Source of the DNA: Promethearchaeota archaeon
Lineage (GTDB): Archaea > Asgardarchaeota > Lokiarchaeia > Sigyniarchaeales > SOKP01
DNA: 64,000 bases
Assembly: GCA_016839555.1 (NCBI GenBank)
Contig: JAEOUA010000007.1
Coordinates: 224,001 to 288,000, forward strand
Direction: 5' to 3'
Shown here: positions 9,391 to 19,824 of the stretch, piece after piece
Layout: each line of letters starts with the position of its first letter
Position numbering within the stretch: the first letter of the stretch is position 1
Translations under genes and position numbers: made by a program
The notes under the pieces: model-generated
Database searches by the model: none
What the model saw: only the letters and a program-made list of their open reading frames with translations
What the model was told of the DNA's origin: nothing

Positions 9391-10323
9391 TTAATATATA
9401 ATATATTTATGAGGATCATCAGGTAACGCTAAAATATCTTCTAAAATTGATTTAAATTCTTTTTGAATCTCGGGTGGTTTATCAATTAATAATTTTGCTA
9501 CTTTATTATATTTTTCCGCTAATTCAATATTACCTAATAGTTTAATTTTATTTGAAAAGGAATATAAATTAATATAAGCTTCTCGATAAGGTAAATCAAA
9601 TAAGGATTTTGAAACCGGTATCTTTTTAAAATTTTCAGAAATAGCTTTTTTAGTTTCAGAGAGATATATTGTAATTTTTCTTATAAGTAATTCCATTTCC
9701 GAATTCACTTCTTTACGCATTTCTTTTATTCTTTCTAATTTTTTTCCATCATTGAAAGTTTCCGCAATTCTTTGCATTTGATTTAATATAGTTATTTTGC
9801 GTGGAAGGCTCTTAACAATTTCGAAACGATTTTGGAGGAAATTATATTCTTTTAAATATTTGGTTTTTTGAGCTTGTTCGATTCTCTCTTCCTCTTCTAT
9901 CTCAATTTTTTCTAATAAATTACTTTCATTTCTTAATAACTCTAGAATTTCATAATCTAACACTTTAAGTCTTTTAAGTGTCCCATCCCAAGTTCTAATA
10001 AGTTCAGAATGGTTTCTTAATATGTCAATAATTTTGGGAATAATTTTAAGTAATTCTAATTCATCTTCTTGATCGGCTATAATAACAATATCTATTCCAA
10101 GCTGTCTAATATGAGTACTATTTACGATATAATTACCCATTTCAATGTTTTTAAGGGTTTTGTCTGAACTTTCTGCCACTAATTCTTTTACAAATGATTT
10201 TATTGCAGAAAAGAAGGAGGAAAATAATTCTAATTTTTGATCACTTATTTGTTTTTCGAAGATTTTTTTCCATATGAGAATTCCGCTTCCACTCTGATAA
10301 ATAAACATATTATAGACAACCAT
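9391..10323 (-). CDS. Longin-like domain protein with helical C-terminus
   Basis: N-terminal MFIYQSGSGILIWKK...ELFSSFFSAIKSFVKEL...LKNIEMGNY...IVIIAD is a typical longin pattern. Confidence 0.65.
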   Translation of the reverse strand: MVVYNMFIYQSGSGILIWKKIFEKQISDQKLELFSSFFSAIKSFVKELVAESSDKTLKNIEMGNYIVNSTHIRQLGIDIVIIADQEDELELLKIIPKIIDILRNHSELIRTWDGTLKRLKVLDYEILELLRNESNLLEKIEIEEEERIEQAQKTKYLKEYNFLQNRFEIVKSLPRKITILNQMQRIAETFNDGKKLERIKEMRKEVNSEMELLIRKITIYLSETKKAISENFKKIPVSKSLFDLPYREAYINLYSFSNKIKLLGNIELAEKYNKVAKLLIDKPPEIQKEFKSILEDILALPDDPHKYIIY

Positions 10324-10611
10324 AGTAAAAACTCTAACTTAACTTAATCTGATAAATATTAATTATGATATGTTTTCTTATATAGACTTATTAAAAATAT
10401 TATTCTCTATATTTATATATTTAATTTTATATATTTAATGCTTTTATAAAGATAATCTTATTTATTAATAATGTAGTAAATTTGTTTTATAAAGTTTGAT
10501 TATTCTATGTTTACATTTACTGATAATCTTTAAATGGGAAAAACTTTAAGCGTATTTTAATAAAAAATATGAAATTATTAAGCAAGAATTATTTAGCTAA
10601 GATTATTGTAT

Positions 10612-11274
10612 CTAAGGACGATTTATTCTCATATAATTTTGAATATATTTTTTAACTTCTTCTGCGGGTTTGATAATTCCAAAATGCCCTTCACATAAAA
10701 TATCTGGTTCTAAATCAAGAAGTTTTTGCATAGATGTTTGGTAATTATTTAAATTTGAACCAAAACTTTCGTAAAATGGTCCATGAATGTCTTGGCCAAA
10801 TAAAACCCTCTTATTATGTATTTCTAATAATATGCTTATCGAGCCGGGAGTATGGCCTGGACTGTGGTAACATTTGAATTCATAATTTCCTAACCTTAAA
10901 ATTTCTACCTCTTTTGAGAATTTTTTTTCCAATTTTATAGGTTTATATTTGGTTCCATACCATTCTGCGGCAGTTTTTTGATCATATCCTTTGTTTTCTA
11001 TTGCTTCCGCATCTAATTCATGAGCATAGAATCTTATTTTAGGGTTAAATTCTTTTAAATTGGAACAAGCTGCTATATGATCAATGTGGCAATGAGTAAT
11101 AATGCAATGAAAGATTTTCTTGGGATCCAATCCTTTTTTTGAAATATCTTTAATCATTGAAAAATTCATTCCGCAATCGATTAATACCAGCCCGTCTTCA
11201 CTATTAGTATCCACTAAATAAACTTCACAACCAGAACTTCCAACAAGATAAACATCCTTTATTATTTCTTTCAT
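10612..11274 (-). CDS. Metallo-beta-lactamase fold hydrolase
   Basis: LIDCG, THCHIDH, PGHTPGS, GQD, CEGH motifs. Confidence 0.88.
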   Translation of the reverse strand: MKEIIKDVYLVGSSGCEVYLVDTNSEDGLVLIDCGMNFSMIKDISKKGLDPKKIFHCIITHCHIDHIAACSNLKEFNPKIRFYAHELDAEAIENKGYDQKTAAEWYGTKYKPIKLEKKFSKEVEILRLGNYEFKCYHSPGHTPGSISILLEIHNKRVLFGQDIHGPFYESFGSNLNNYQTSMQKLLDLEPDILCEGHFGIIKPAEEVKKYIQNYMRINRP

Positions 11275-11339
11275 AATTTTAAATAAAGATGATTATTTCA
11301 TTTATCTCTAGTAATTTTTTAAAATTAACAAAATTAAAA

Positions 11340-12062
11340 TTAATTAAGATATTTCTTTTTTAACTCGTATAATTTATCTGGATAATCTGTATAAATTGCA
11401 TCAACTTTTTGTCCATTAATATTCATTAATAAGATTTTTTTCATCCGAGTACGAGAATTCACTCCCCAAAAAAAGGATTTAAATCCTTTATTAACAACCA
11501 CAGAGAAATTCTCTTTTATGTATTTATTCGCTTTAATGTTAAGGATTTTTATATTTAAATCTTCTAAAGTTTGAAAATCAAGATTATTTTCTTTAATTTT
11601 TGGTATATTATGAGGAACAGTGTGAACAAGCTGTACTGAATTATTTATTCTTCGTAATGCTTTTAAAATTATAAGTCGCGTATCAGTTATAAAAATATTA
11701 TTAAGGAGTGCATATTCTTTTGCTAACTTAATTATTTTTTTTCCTGCGTTTTGACTTCCAATATCAAAACTAAATTTATATTGGTCTGAGGGGTCTAAGC
11801 ATTCAAATACTTCCTTTAATGTGGGTATTTTTCGCTTATCTTCAAATTGAATATCCCTTAATTCTTTAAGTGTTAAATTTTTAATCGCATAATGTTTTTT
11901 CCCTATCTTAAAATAAGGATCATGAAAACAAACTAAAATTTCGTCTTTTGTAAGTCGAATATCCGTTTCAATCCCTGCATTCATCTCAAACGCCATTTTA
12001 AATGATTTGATCGTATTTTCTATACAGTAAGCACTAGCACCTCGATGAGCAAAAATTAACAT
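11340..12062 (-). CDS. Glycerophosphodiester phosphodiesterase (GDPD) family
   Basis: FAHRGAS..ENT, IETDIRLTKD..VCFHD, IPTLKEV, IYTDYP. Confidence 0.88.
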   Translation of the reverse strand: MLIFAHRGASAYCIENTIKSFKMAFEMNAGIETDIRLTKDEILVCFHDPYFKIGKKHYAIKNLTLKELRDIQFEDKRKIPTLKEVFECLDPSDQYKFSFDIGSQNAGKKIIKLAKEYALLNNIFITDTRLIILKALRRINNSVQLVHTVPHNIPKIKENNLDFQTLEDLNIKILNIKANKYIKENFSVVVNKGFKSFFWGVNSRTRMKKILLMNINGQKVDAIYTDYPDKLYELKKKYLN

Positions 12063-12148
12063 ATTTCTGGATAGATTTTTAAGAAAGGTTTTTAAAATTT
12101 ATAATTTTTTCATAATGAAAAAGCTAACTAATTTTTTTATATTCAGAA

Positions 12149-13021
12149 TTGAGAAAAATGGAAAAGAATCACACGAAAACTAAGGATCAAAAAAAGCCAT
12201 TTTCCGAGAGAATTAAAAATTATTTTAAAAATTTGGTGGATTTTAGCTCTTATGACGCTAAAACTATATTTTTCATAATTTTAGTAATTCTCTTAATTGG
12301 AATGTCATTATATTTAGTTTATCTTCTCCTATTTGTGGATAATACAATTTTATATCGATTAGTTGTGGAATGGTTTGTAAATCCCATCTATAGTTTAGGG
12401 TTCTGGGGTGTATTTCTTTTTATTGGGGTAATGGCAATCCAGGGACTACTTATTCCAATCCCTTCAGAAATCGTTTTATTATCTACGGGAATGATTTGGG
12501 GATGGTTATTAGGTGGAATTTACGGAATTATTGGTTCCGTGGCAGCAGGAGTCTTATGTTATTATATAAGTAGAAAAGGAGGAAGACCTCTTGCAGAAAA
12601 ACTTGTTGGAGAATCCGCTATAACAATGGCGGATAATTTTATACATAAATATGGATTTGCAGCGATTCTTATAATGCGCTGCCTTCCTTTTATTGCATTT
12701 GATCCGATCAGCTATGCTTCGGGCATAGTAGATTTAGATGTAAAAAAGTATACGATTGCCACATTTTTAGGCTCTATACCCAGGGCTTTCTTCTATGCAT
12801 TTTTAGGAGCATCTTTAGGAATTACTCCTCCAATTAATTTTGAACAATTACCACTCTCTCAAATACAAGCTCAATCCAATTCTTTTAATATAATACTCTT
12901 GATTATTGCGGTGGTCCTATTAATAATATTTGTAGCATATTATATAACCAGTAAATACTATAAAAAAAAGACTTTAAATAAGGAAAATAATAAAACTTCG
13001 GAAAAAACCAATAACCAATAA
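12149..13021 (+). CDS. VTT/DedA-family (TVP38/TMEM64) membrane protein
   Basis: QGLLIPIPSE, YISRKGGRP, MRCLPFIAFDPISYASG, TFLGSIPR. Confidence 0.85.
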   Translation: MRKMEKNHTKTKDQKKPFSERIKNYFKNLVDFSSYDAKTIFFIILVILLIGMSLYLVYLLLFVDNTILYRLVVEWFVNPIYSLGFWGVFLFIGVMAIQGLLIPIPSEIVLLSTGMIWGWLLGGIYGIIGSVAAGVLCYYISRKGGRPLAEKLVGESAITMADNFIHKYGFAAILIMRCLPFIAFDPISYASGIVDLDVKKYTIATFLGSIPRAFFYAFLGASLGITPPINFEQLPLSQIQAQSNSFNIILLIIAVVLLIIFVAYYITSKYYKKKTLNKENNKTSEKTNNQ

Positions 13022-13158
13022 AATTATATCTATTTTATAAAATATTTTGATAAATAATTTTAGATTTATCTGAAAAATTAAAACTTGAAGCAGAGAAGCT
13101 ATAATATTTTCTATTTTTAAATTTTTTATTATTAGGTAATTTACTTTCTTAAACAAAA

Positions 13159-14151
13159 TTATCTTCCACTTATTAAATTTGACTTTTTTTTTACAAGCTT
13201 GGATTTTTCCCATTCAGAGATTACCACAGCAGAAAAGATAAGGCAAAATCCGATAATGAAATAAATGGTTAAAGATTCTTGAAGGAAGAGCCATGCAAGT
13301 AGCATTGCGATAATGGGTTTACTATAAAAAAGTAAAACTCCTCGGGATGGTTCCACTTTATTTATACCTAACGTGTAAAGAATATACGCTACTCCTGTGC
13401 TCATAATACCAAGGTAAAGAAGTAATATTACATCCACTCCAGATATGATTGATATAGGATTAATTATGATTAAATCTAAAAGAAAAAAAGGAATTAAAAA
13501 AATAACTCCAAAAAGAAAACCCCAAAAATTGAATTCCAGTGCTAAATCAAAGTTTTTTATAGAAGAAAATGAATGATCTTCCGAAGATATCGCTTTTTTA
13601 GTAATATAAATACTTAATAGCGTATAAAGCGAATAACCAAACACAGCAAAGAATACAAGTAAATTTCCAATAATTTCTTCAATCTCAAAACTACCAAATT
13701 GAAACTCTGTTATTATGATTAATGCTCCTAAAAAACCAATAATTACTGCAACAAATTTAATTTTCGTCTTACTTTCACCTAATAATAACATTGATCCAAT
13801 ACTTACAATAATAGGATTGGATGCAAGTAATAATGCAGCGGTAGAAGCCTTAGTGAAATTAAGAGCAAAGAAATAAACGGGGGATGCGATAGTTATCCAT
13901 ATAATAGCTGCTCCAATAATTAATTTCCAATGATCACGCAAATATTTTAATGGGTGGATATTTTCTCGGCGAAAATATATCATTATACTAATGATTAATA
14001 CTCCTAAAATAATTCGAAAAAAATGTTGTTGAAGTTTTGAAAAAGAGGTAATAATTTTTGCGGTAATTTCAATAGTTGCAAAGAAAAATATCCCTAAAAA
14101 CATATATAAATATCCAATATTTAGTTTTTCTGTGGATTGCGTGGAAGCCAT
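13159..14151 (-). CDS. DMT/EamA family transporter
   Basis: About 10 TM helices; ALNFTKASTAALL..NPI..LLGE and YLGIMSTGVAY...PIIAMLLAWLFLQE repeats. Confidence 0.85.
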   Translation of the reverse strand: MASTQSTEKLNIGYLYMFLGIFFFATIEITAKIITSFSKLQQHFFRIILGVLIISIMIYFRRENIHPLKYLRDHWKLIIGAAIIWITIASPVYFFALNFTKASTAALLLASNPIIVSIGSMLLLGESKTKIKFVAVIIGFLGALIIITEFQFGSFEIEEIIGNLLVFFAVFGYSLYTLLSIYITKKAISSEDHSFSSIKNFDLALEFNFWGFLFGVIFLIPFFLLDLIIINPISIISGVDVILLLYLGIMSTGVAYILYTLGINKVEPSRGVLLFYSKPIIAMLLAWLFLQESLTIYFIIGFCLIFSAVVISEWEKSKLVKKKSNLISGR

Positions 14152-14401
14152 CTTTTAAATAGACAAAATTAAATTCTTACATCAATAATATACGAAGTAT
14201 TATAAATAATTTCTTTATTACCCATCAAAAAAAACATCTTTTTGAGATTTAATATAACTAAATTATTAAAAAATTATTTAGGAGAATTTCAAGGAAATTC
14301 ATAAAATTCTATTAATTTAGTAAAGAATGTTTCTAGAAATCTTTTAATAGAATTTTTTTTTTATGTTTAATGATGAAATTAAAAGTGTTTAGAATTGGAT
14401 T

Positions 14402-16156
14402 TTGTTAATAATGAATAAAAAAAAAGATAATAAGAATCAAGGGCAAAATAGACCTCAAGACTCAGAAGAATCATTTAAAAAAATAGAAAATAATGAAAAT
14501 ATATTTATTTCAAGCGCTTACAATATTAAACAATTCTTTTTAAAGAGTTCTAAAAAAACATATTCTAATTTTTTTAAAGATTTAGAAATATCTAAAAATC
14601 ATTTCATTACGTTAGAACTCATATATTTAGTCTTTATTGTGATAATTCAAACAATTCTTTTTTACATTTTTAATGTGAATATATTATTAACACTAAATTA
14701 TTTCATAATTTTTCTCGTGCTGAGTATTTTATTCGGATTACTTTTTGGTGGGATATTTATTGATAAGATAAGGGGAAAAAAGACTCCTATTCTTTTAACA
14801 ATTATGTTAATCTCATTAATTATTATTATAGTACAAGTTTTCTTTTTTCAAGTTGAAATAAATTTATTTTCAACTATATTATTAAGTATTAATTATTTTA
14901 TTTCGGGAGTTATTTTTATTTTTTTTTTGGTAGCTTTTATTGAATTTACGACAATCTTGGAAAGAGGAAGGGTATTATCTTATCTTTCATCTGTAATGGG
15001 AATCTTTATCTTTATAAATATTCTATTTATCTCTATTATTTTGATTTTTATCAATTCAATACTTACCTTTGGAATTGCTATTTATTTTCTAAATAAAAAG
15101 CGAAAAATAGAGACACCATTAATATATATACCCGTAGCAAAAAAGGAAAATATAAAAAAAGAAGTCCATTTTTCAATCTTGAAATATATTGCACTATTAG
15201 GATTTTTTGGATTCATCGTAGGTTTAAATATCCCTCTTCGAAACGTTTTTTTCATAAGAAGTGATTGGGATATTTTTTTTTTATTGATATTAGGAATTCT
15301 TTTGGCTAGTATAACATCAATATTTATTGGTTCAATTTTTGATTTATTTGGTAGGAGAACTGTAGTTTCTTCATCTGTATTAATAATAATATTCATAGAT
15401 TTTATTCGAATTTTTACTTCACCAAAACCACTCATAGATCTTGCTTTCTCTGTAATTTGTGCAATCATCTTATTTATTTCTATCCCTCTTTTGATAAGCG
15501 ATATATGTTATAAAGGCTCTTTAGGGAAATTTTTAGCAATAACCTATATCATTAGTCTTTTATTTATTATTTTTGGGGTTTATCTTCGGGGAAATATATT
15601 AAATTTTGGTGTGGATGATCTCACTGAAGAATTAATGTTACATGCCCTTATAAGTATAGCAGCAATTTTTATACTCTTCTTTTTGATAAATAGTAGAGAG
15701 ACTTTAAGCGCTAAAGAACAAAATTGGCCGGAAAATTTAATTCATTTATATATTATTCATACTTCTGGGCTTCTATTGTATGATTATTCATTTAATGATG
15801 AAATTTTAGCGGATTCAGATTTAGCGGCAGGTGGATTGATTGGACTTATTACTATTTTGCAGGAAATAACACGAGAAACTCAAAGAATAAGAGTTATTGA
15901 CCATGGCGGAAAACTAATACTATTTGGGTTTAATTCTTATAAAACTCTTGTGTTTGCTCTGGTGATTTCTGAAGAATTAGTTATCTTAAGGCACAAATTG
16001 AATAATTTTATAAAAGATATAGATAAAAATTATCCCATTGAATCACAAACGCTTTCTGGAATCGATAGAAAATTATGGGAAAAAAGAATTGAACCTATTC
16101 TTTATGATCATTTTGAACGCAAATATTTTGAATTAATAGATTATAAAAATATATAA
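14402..16156 (+). CDS. MFS-fold membrane protein fused to C-terminal longin-like domain
   Basis: About 12 TM helices with two MFS motif-A-like loops (GIFIDKIRGKK, GSIFDLFGRRT). Soluble C-terminus LIHLYIIHTSGLLLYDYSF...DSDLAAGGLIGLITILQEIT...IRVIDHGGKLILF is longin-like. ATG alternative at 14411. Confidence 0.7.
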   Translation: MLIMNKKKDNKNQGQNRPQDSEESFKKIENNENIFISSAYNIKQFFLKSSKKTYSNFFKDLEISKNHFITLELIYLVFIVIIQTILFYIFNVNILLTLNYFIIFLVLSILFGLLFGGIFIDKIRGKKTPILLTIMLISLIIIIVQVFFFQVEINLFSTILLSINYFISGVIFIFFLVAFIEFTTILERGRVLSYLSSVMGIFIFINILFISIILIFINSILTFGIAIYFLNKKRKIETPLIYIPVAKKENIKKEVHFSILKYIALLGFFGFIVGLNIPLRNVFFIRSDWDIFFLLILGILLASITSIFIGSIFDLFGRRTVVSSSVLIIIFIDFIRIFTSPKPLIDLAFSVICAIILFISIPLLISDICYKGSLGKFLAITYIISLLFIIFGVYLRGNILNFGVDDLTEELMLHALISIAAIFILFFLINSRETLSAKEQNWPENLIHLYIIHTSGLLLYDYSFNDEILADSDLAAGGLIGLITILQEITRETQRIRVIDHGGKLILFGFNSYKTLVFALVISEELVILRHKLNNFIKDIDKNYPIESQTLSGIDRKLWEKRIEPILYDHFERKYFELIDYKNI

Positions 16157-16174
16157 GATAAAATACTTAAAAGC

Positions 16175-17281
16175 TTGAAAAGAATAATAATTATCCATTG
16201 GAATAAGAGCACTGGACCAGAAACAATTCTTCAGTATCCTCCTGAAAAAGAAATTTTTCCAAAAGATCTTTTTTTAAAGATATGGACGATGCATGAGTTA
16301 AAGAAAGGGGAAAAAATGGTTGAATATACCTCTGAAGAATTAGGCAATAGATTTATATCAGTAATCCAAAAATTTGAAGGAGAAATTTATTTTTTAGTGT
16401 TAGTGTATGATAAATCGATTGATAATATCGATGATATCATTAATGTGGATCCGGATCTTCTCGCAAATATTTCAAGGGACTTAATCCAATTAATTAATAC
16501 GAATAAAATTTCAAATGCTATATTTGAAGCTTATAAATCAATTAAAAATTATACAAAGATAGAAAAGGAAGAAAACCTACTAAATTTTTTCAGAGATAAG
16601 ATGAAATATACTATCCTGAAAATTCTTAGAAATGAAGGCGTGATATCAAAAAGAAATCTTAAGAAAATATTAAAAAATCAATATGGATTTTCAACACTAA
16701 ATCTTGATTTAATTTTAATTTCGTTTATTCGTGAAAACCTAATTGTAAAAAAATCGATTTTTGGTAATCAAGATTATTATTTTCTAATTAATGATTTATC
16801 TTGCATACGTATTCCCCCAGAAAATATTATAAAATTTTTTGAGAGCATTGAGAATGAAGATAAGAATGAAATTGTTAATAATTACAAAACAGCTTTAATT
16901 CAATTTTTTAAAAATTATGATGTAAATCAACAAGATAATATTGATCTACTATTAATATATTTAGCTAATAAATATGTATCTAGGTTTTTGAAATCATTAA
17001 GATTTACACCAATGCTCATTTCTGATGCTTTAAATATCTTAAATAACAATGAAGCAATTTTAAATGAATTAATTAAAAAAAGTGTTTTATTTGAGGCAAA
17101 GGGGTATGTATTTCTTCTCACAGATATAAGATTTCTAAAATTTTTGCCAATATATCTCTTCAAGCGCTTAAATTTAAGATATAAAGAGGGAAAGATATCT
17201 TTAGATGAATTTTTAGGTCATAATAAATTGATTTTGGAAAAATTCTTACAGTCTAATTATTATAATTATCAAGTTATCTAA
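16175..17281 (+). CDS. uDENN/longin-like N-terminal domain + winged-helix protein (NPRL2-like architecture)
   Basis: N-terminal IIIIHWNKSTGPETILQYPP resembles uDENN/NPR2 starts. KYTILKILRNEGVISKRNLKKIL...LILISFIRENLIVKK is wHTH-like. Starts 18 nt after the previous gene. Confidence 0.55.
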   Translation: MKRIIIIHWNKSTGPETILQYPPEKEIFPKDLFLKIWTMHELKKGEKMVEYTSEELGNRFISVIQKFEGEIYFLVLVYDKSIDNIDDIINVDPDLLANISRDLIQLINTNKISNAIFEAYKSIKNYTKIEKEENLLNFFRDKMKYTILKILRNEGVISKRNLKKILKNQYGFSTLNLDLILISFIRENLIVKKSIFGNQDYYFLINDLSCIRIPPENIIKFFESIENEDKNEIVNNYKTALIQFFKNYDVNQQDNIDLLLIYLANKYVSRFLKSLRFTPMLISDALNILNNNEAILNELIKKSVLFEAKGYVFLLTDIRFLKFLPIYLFKRLNLRYKEGKISLDEFLGHNKLILEKFLQSNYYNYQVI

Positions 17282-17410
17282 TTATTAGAAAGTTATTATA
17301 TAAAATCTTAATTATTATAAGCTTAGGATTTATCTCAAAAATTTTAAATAGGAAAATAATTCATAATTTAAGTAAGTATTATTTTAATCAATAAACAAGG
17401 TGAATAAAAA

Positions 17411-18202
17411 ATAACTCTAATATTTGGACCTTTAAATATTCTAGATTATACTCAAGGATCCTTTAGCTTATTATTTTCATTAATTTCTGTTGTACTTGGA
17501 GTCAGTATTCTCTCAAAATATTTTAAATTTAAACAAAGAATTTATATTTTTATGGGATTAACTTGGATTGGGATGGCTACTCCATGGTTTCCTGATTCCA
17601 TCAGTTTTCTTATAATATTGATAGCGAGAATAACTATGCCAATTGAAATATATATACTTATAGGAACAACTCTACTACCCATCCTTTTGTTAATTTGGAT
17701 GGCCGCATTCAGTGAATTACTTTATAAAGATAAACAGAAGAAAATTCTTATGATTTTTGCGATTATTGCTATTATTTATGAATTGATATTTTTTGTGTTG
17801 TTTTTTTTGGATGCAAAAGCATATATTGGAGAATATCAGAGATATTTTCAAGTAGAATTTAAAGAATTTATTACATTATTTGATCTAGCTTTACTTGTTA
17901 TCGTTTTAATTACGGGTATAATATTCGCTAAAAAATCTTTATCCTCATTAGACGAAAAAATCCATTTAAAAGGAAGATTCCTTCTGGCAGCATTTATATC
18001 TTTTTGTATAGGAGCCGCATTAGATGCTTCAACAGGCTTAATCTTTACAGATCTATTCGGGATTTCTAATACAAATCCGTTTATTTCAATTTTCGTTGTT
18101 ATAATTCGAATAATTCTTATTTCATCGGCTTTTGAATTTTATATAGGCTTTATGCTTCCTAAATGGGTTGAAAATCTAATGATAAAATCTAGAGAAGAGT
18201 AA
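17411..18202 (+). CDS. Seven-TM membrane protein (receptor/sensor-like); probable non-canonical ATA start
   Basis: Frame is open upstream of ATG 17552 to a TAA at 17405 and adds a TM helix (GSFSLLFSLISVVLGVSILSKYF). An SD-like AGGTGA (17398-17403) lies 7 nt before ATA 17411. Confidence 0.65.
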   Translation: MTLIFGPLNILDYTQGSFSLLFSLISVVLGVSILSKYFKFKQRIYIFMGLTWIGMATPWFPDSISFLIILIARITMPIEIYILIGTTLLPILLLIWMAAFSELLYKDKQKKILMIFAIIAIIYELIFFVLFFLDAKAYIGEYQRYFQVEFKEFITLFDLALLVIVLITGIIFAKKSLSSLDEKIHLKGRFLLAAFISFCIGAALDASTGLIFTDLFGISNTNPFISIFVVIIRIILISSAFEFYIGFMLPKWVENLMIKSREE

Positions 18203-18287
18203 ATATCTTTAATTCCATTTTTTTTTATTTCTTTCCTTTTAAGATCTCACGATTTTGCTATTTAAATTAATATAAAGAAAATTATAA

Positions 18288-19343
18288 TTATTTTACGATT
18301 ACCATTTCATGTAGAGTATTTCCTTTTTCTATAAATTGTTTTTCTTCATATAGATAATCTATTTGAAATTCTGAATTAAATCTAAAATATCCTGGACGGA
18401 GCTTTAATAAATTCTTGACAAAAAAACGGATGATGGGGTTTAGTTCAAAAAGTAAATTATCCGCATCTACTAATTTTTGGACATTTAGAGAAAATTTATT
18501 TTGTTCTGATATATTAAAGACTAACTTAGATGGATATTTATTATTAACTTTTTTATGATATTTAAAATTATTTTCCTTTAATTCGAATTCTCCTGTGCTT
18601 AAAATAACTTTCTCTCCTTTAGCAACCATTAATACCCGTATAGGATAATTATCTAATTTTTTATTACATTTAATATATGCATAAATTATCGTAAAATCTT
18701 CTGAAAAAATTCTTCCCCAATGCCAATATTCCACAACTCTCACCATATTAAAATTTAACCAATTGTGATCATGATAACCAGTACCCTTTACATGAATTTC
18801 TTTCCCATCGATTTTAATAGTACCTTCTACTTGAGCTCGTGGAATTGCTACACACCATCCAAAATGTCCTATCATTCCAAATTCCGTATATCCTTTACCT
18901 GGCATCCATCCTTCTACGTTTGCTTTATAAACAAGGTGGATTCCATATTGTCCTTCCTCTAAATAAATCTCATATGTAGGTAAACTCTCATTAGTATAAT
19001 TCGCTTTAATATAATTATTACCGATTTTAACATCTGCTTTTTCCTTTGAAACTATTAAATCAGAATGTTTATAATTATATATTTTTTGAATTTTTTTTCC
19101 TTGTGGGTCATAAAATGTAATTTCTACACCTGTTTTACCAGTACGCTCATGTTTTGCTCGAAAAAATCCTACTGCCATATAACCATTATTAAAACGAGTA
19201 TCAAAATACCACCACTCAGAGTTCCCTCTTTTTTTCATATCTATATGTAAAGTGTCATATTCAGGTTTAAATTTATATATCTTTCCATCCTTTTTTCCTG
19301 GTCCTGACCAAGCTTCTATTATTTTAGTCGTCATATAATTCAC
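18288..19343 (-). CDS. CrtC/AttH-like (carotenoid 1,2-hydratase / tocopherol-cyclase-like) lipocalin-fold protein
   Basis: SEWWYFD, GTGYHDHNW, YWHWGR motifs. Confidence 0.7.
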   Translation of the reverse strand: MNYMTTKIIEAWSGPGKKDGKIYKFKPEYDTLHIDMKKRGNSEWWYFDTRFNNGYMAVGFFRAKHERTGKTGVEITFYDPQGKKIQKIYNYKHSDLIVSKEKADVKIGNNYIKANYTNESLPTYEIYLEEGQYGIHLVYKANVEGWMPGKGYTEFGMIGHFGWCVAIPRAQVEGTIKIDGKEIHVKGTGYHDHNWLNFNMVRVVEYWHWGRIFSEDFTIIYAYIKCNKKLDNYPIRVLMVAKGEKVILSTGEFELKENNFKYHKKVNNKYPSKLVFNISEQNKFSLNVQKLVDADNLLFELNPIIRFFVKNLLKLRPGYFRFNSEFQIDYLYEEKQFIEKGNTLHEMVIVK

Positions 19344-19413
19344 TTTTAATTAAGATTCATATTATAAATATGATTAAAAAATATTTAATTTTATTATCTT
19401 TCATTTATCATTA

Positions 19414-19824
19414 TTAATATTCAGTTAGAATATGAAATATTTTCAATAATGGTAAAACTTTAAATAATCCTTTCAACTTTACGTCTCCAGATATCCATTT
19501 TAAAGCTAATTTTATTAAGGATAAACGCTTCATTGCAAAAGCTAGAAAAGTTTGAGAATCCATAGAAATAAATCCATCCCACTTAATATTTTTCTTGTTT
19601 AAATTGGATTTGGGTTTATTCGGTACACTTTGAATAATTAAATTTCCTCTATCAATCGTGATTAAAGCAGCATAATTTAAATTTGAAGCATTGAGAAGAA
19701 ATTTACATTGAGTTTTTCTAAAAGTTTCTTGAAACTTAGCATTATCATTTAAAGACCCCATTACATTATTTATAAGTCCAGCAAAGCCTATTGGTTTATC
19801 TATAATAATATCAGATATCTTCAT
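19414..19824 (-). CDS. SCP2 sterol/lipid-binding domain protein
   Basis: 136 aa; DGFISMDSQTFLAFAMKRLSLIKLALKWISGDVKLKG is the SCP2 C-terminal pattern. ATGA overlap with the upstream gene. Confidence 0.7.
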   Translation of the reverse strand: MKISDIIIDKPIGFAGLINNVMGSLNDNAKFQETFRKTQCKFLLNASNLNYAALITIDRGNLIIQSVPNKPKSNLNKKNIKWDGFISMDSQTFLAFAMKRLSLIKLALKWISGDVKLKGLFKVLPLLKIFHILTEY

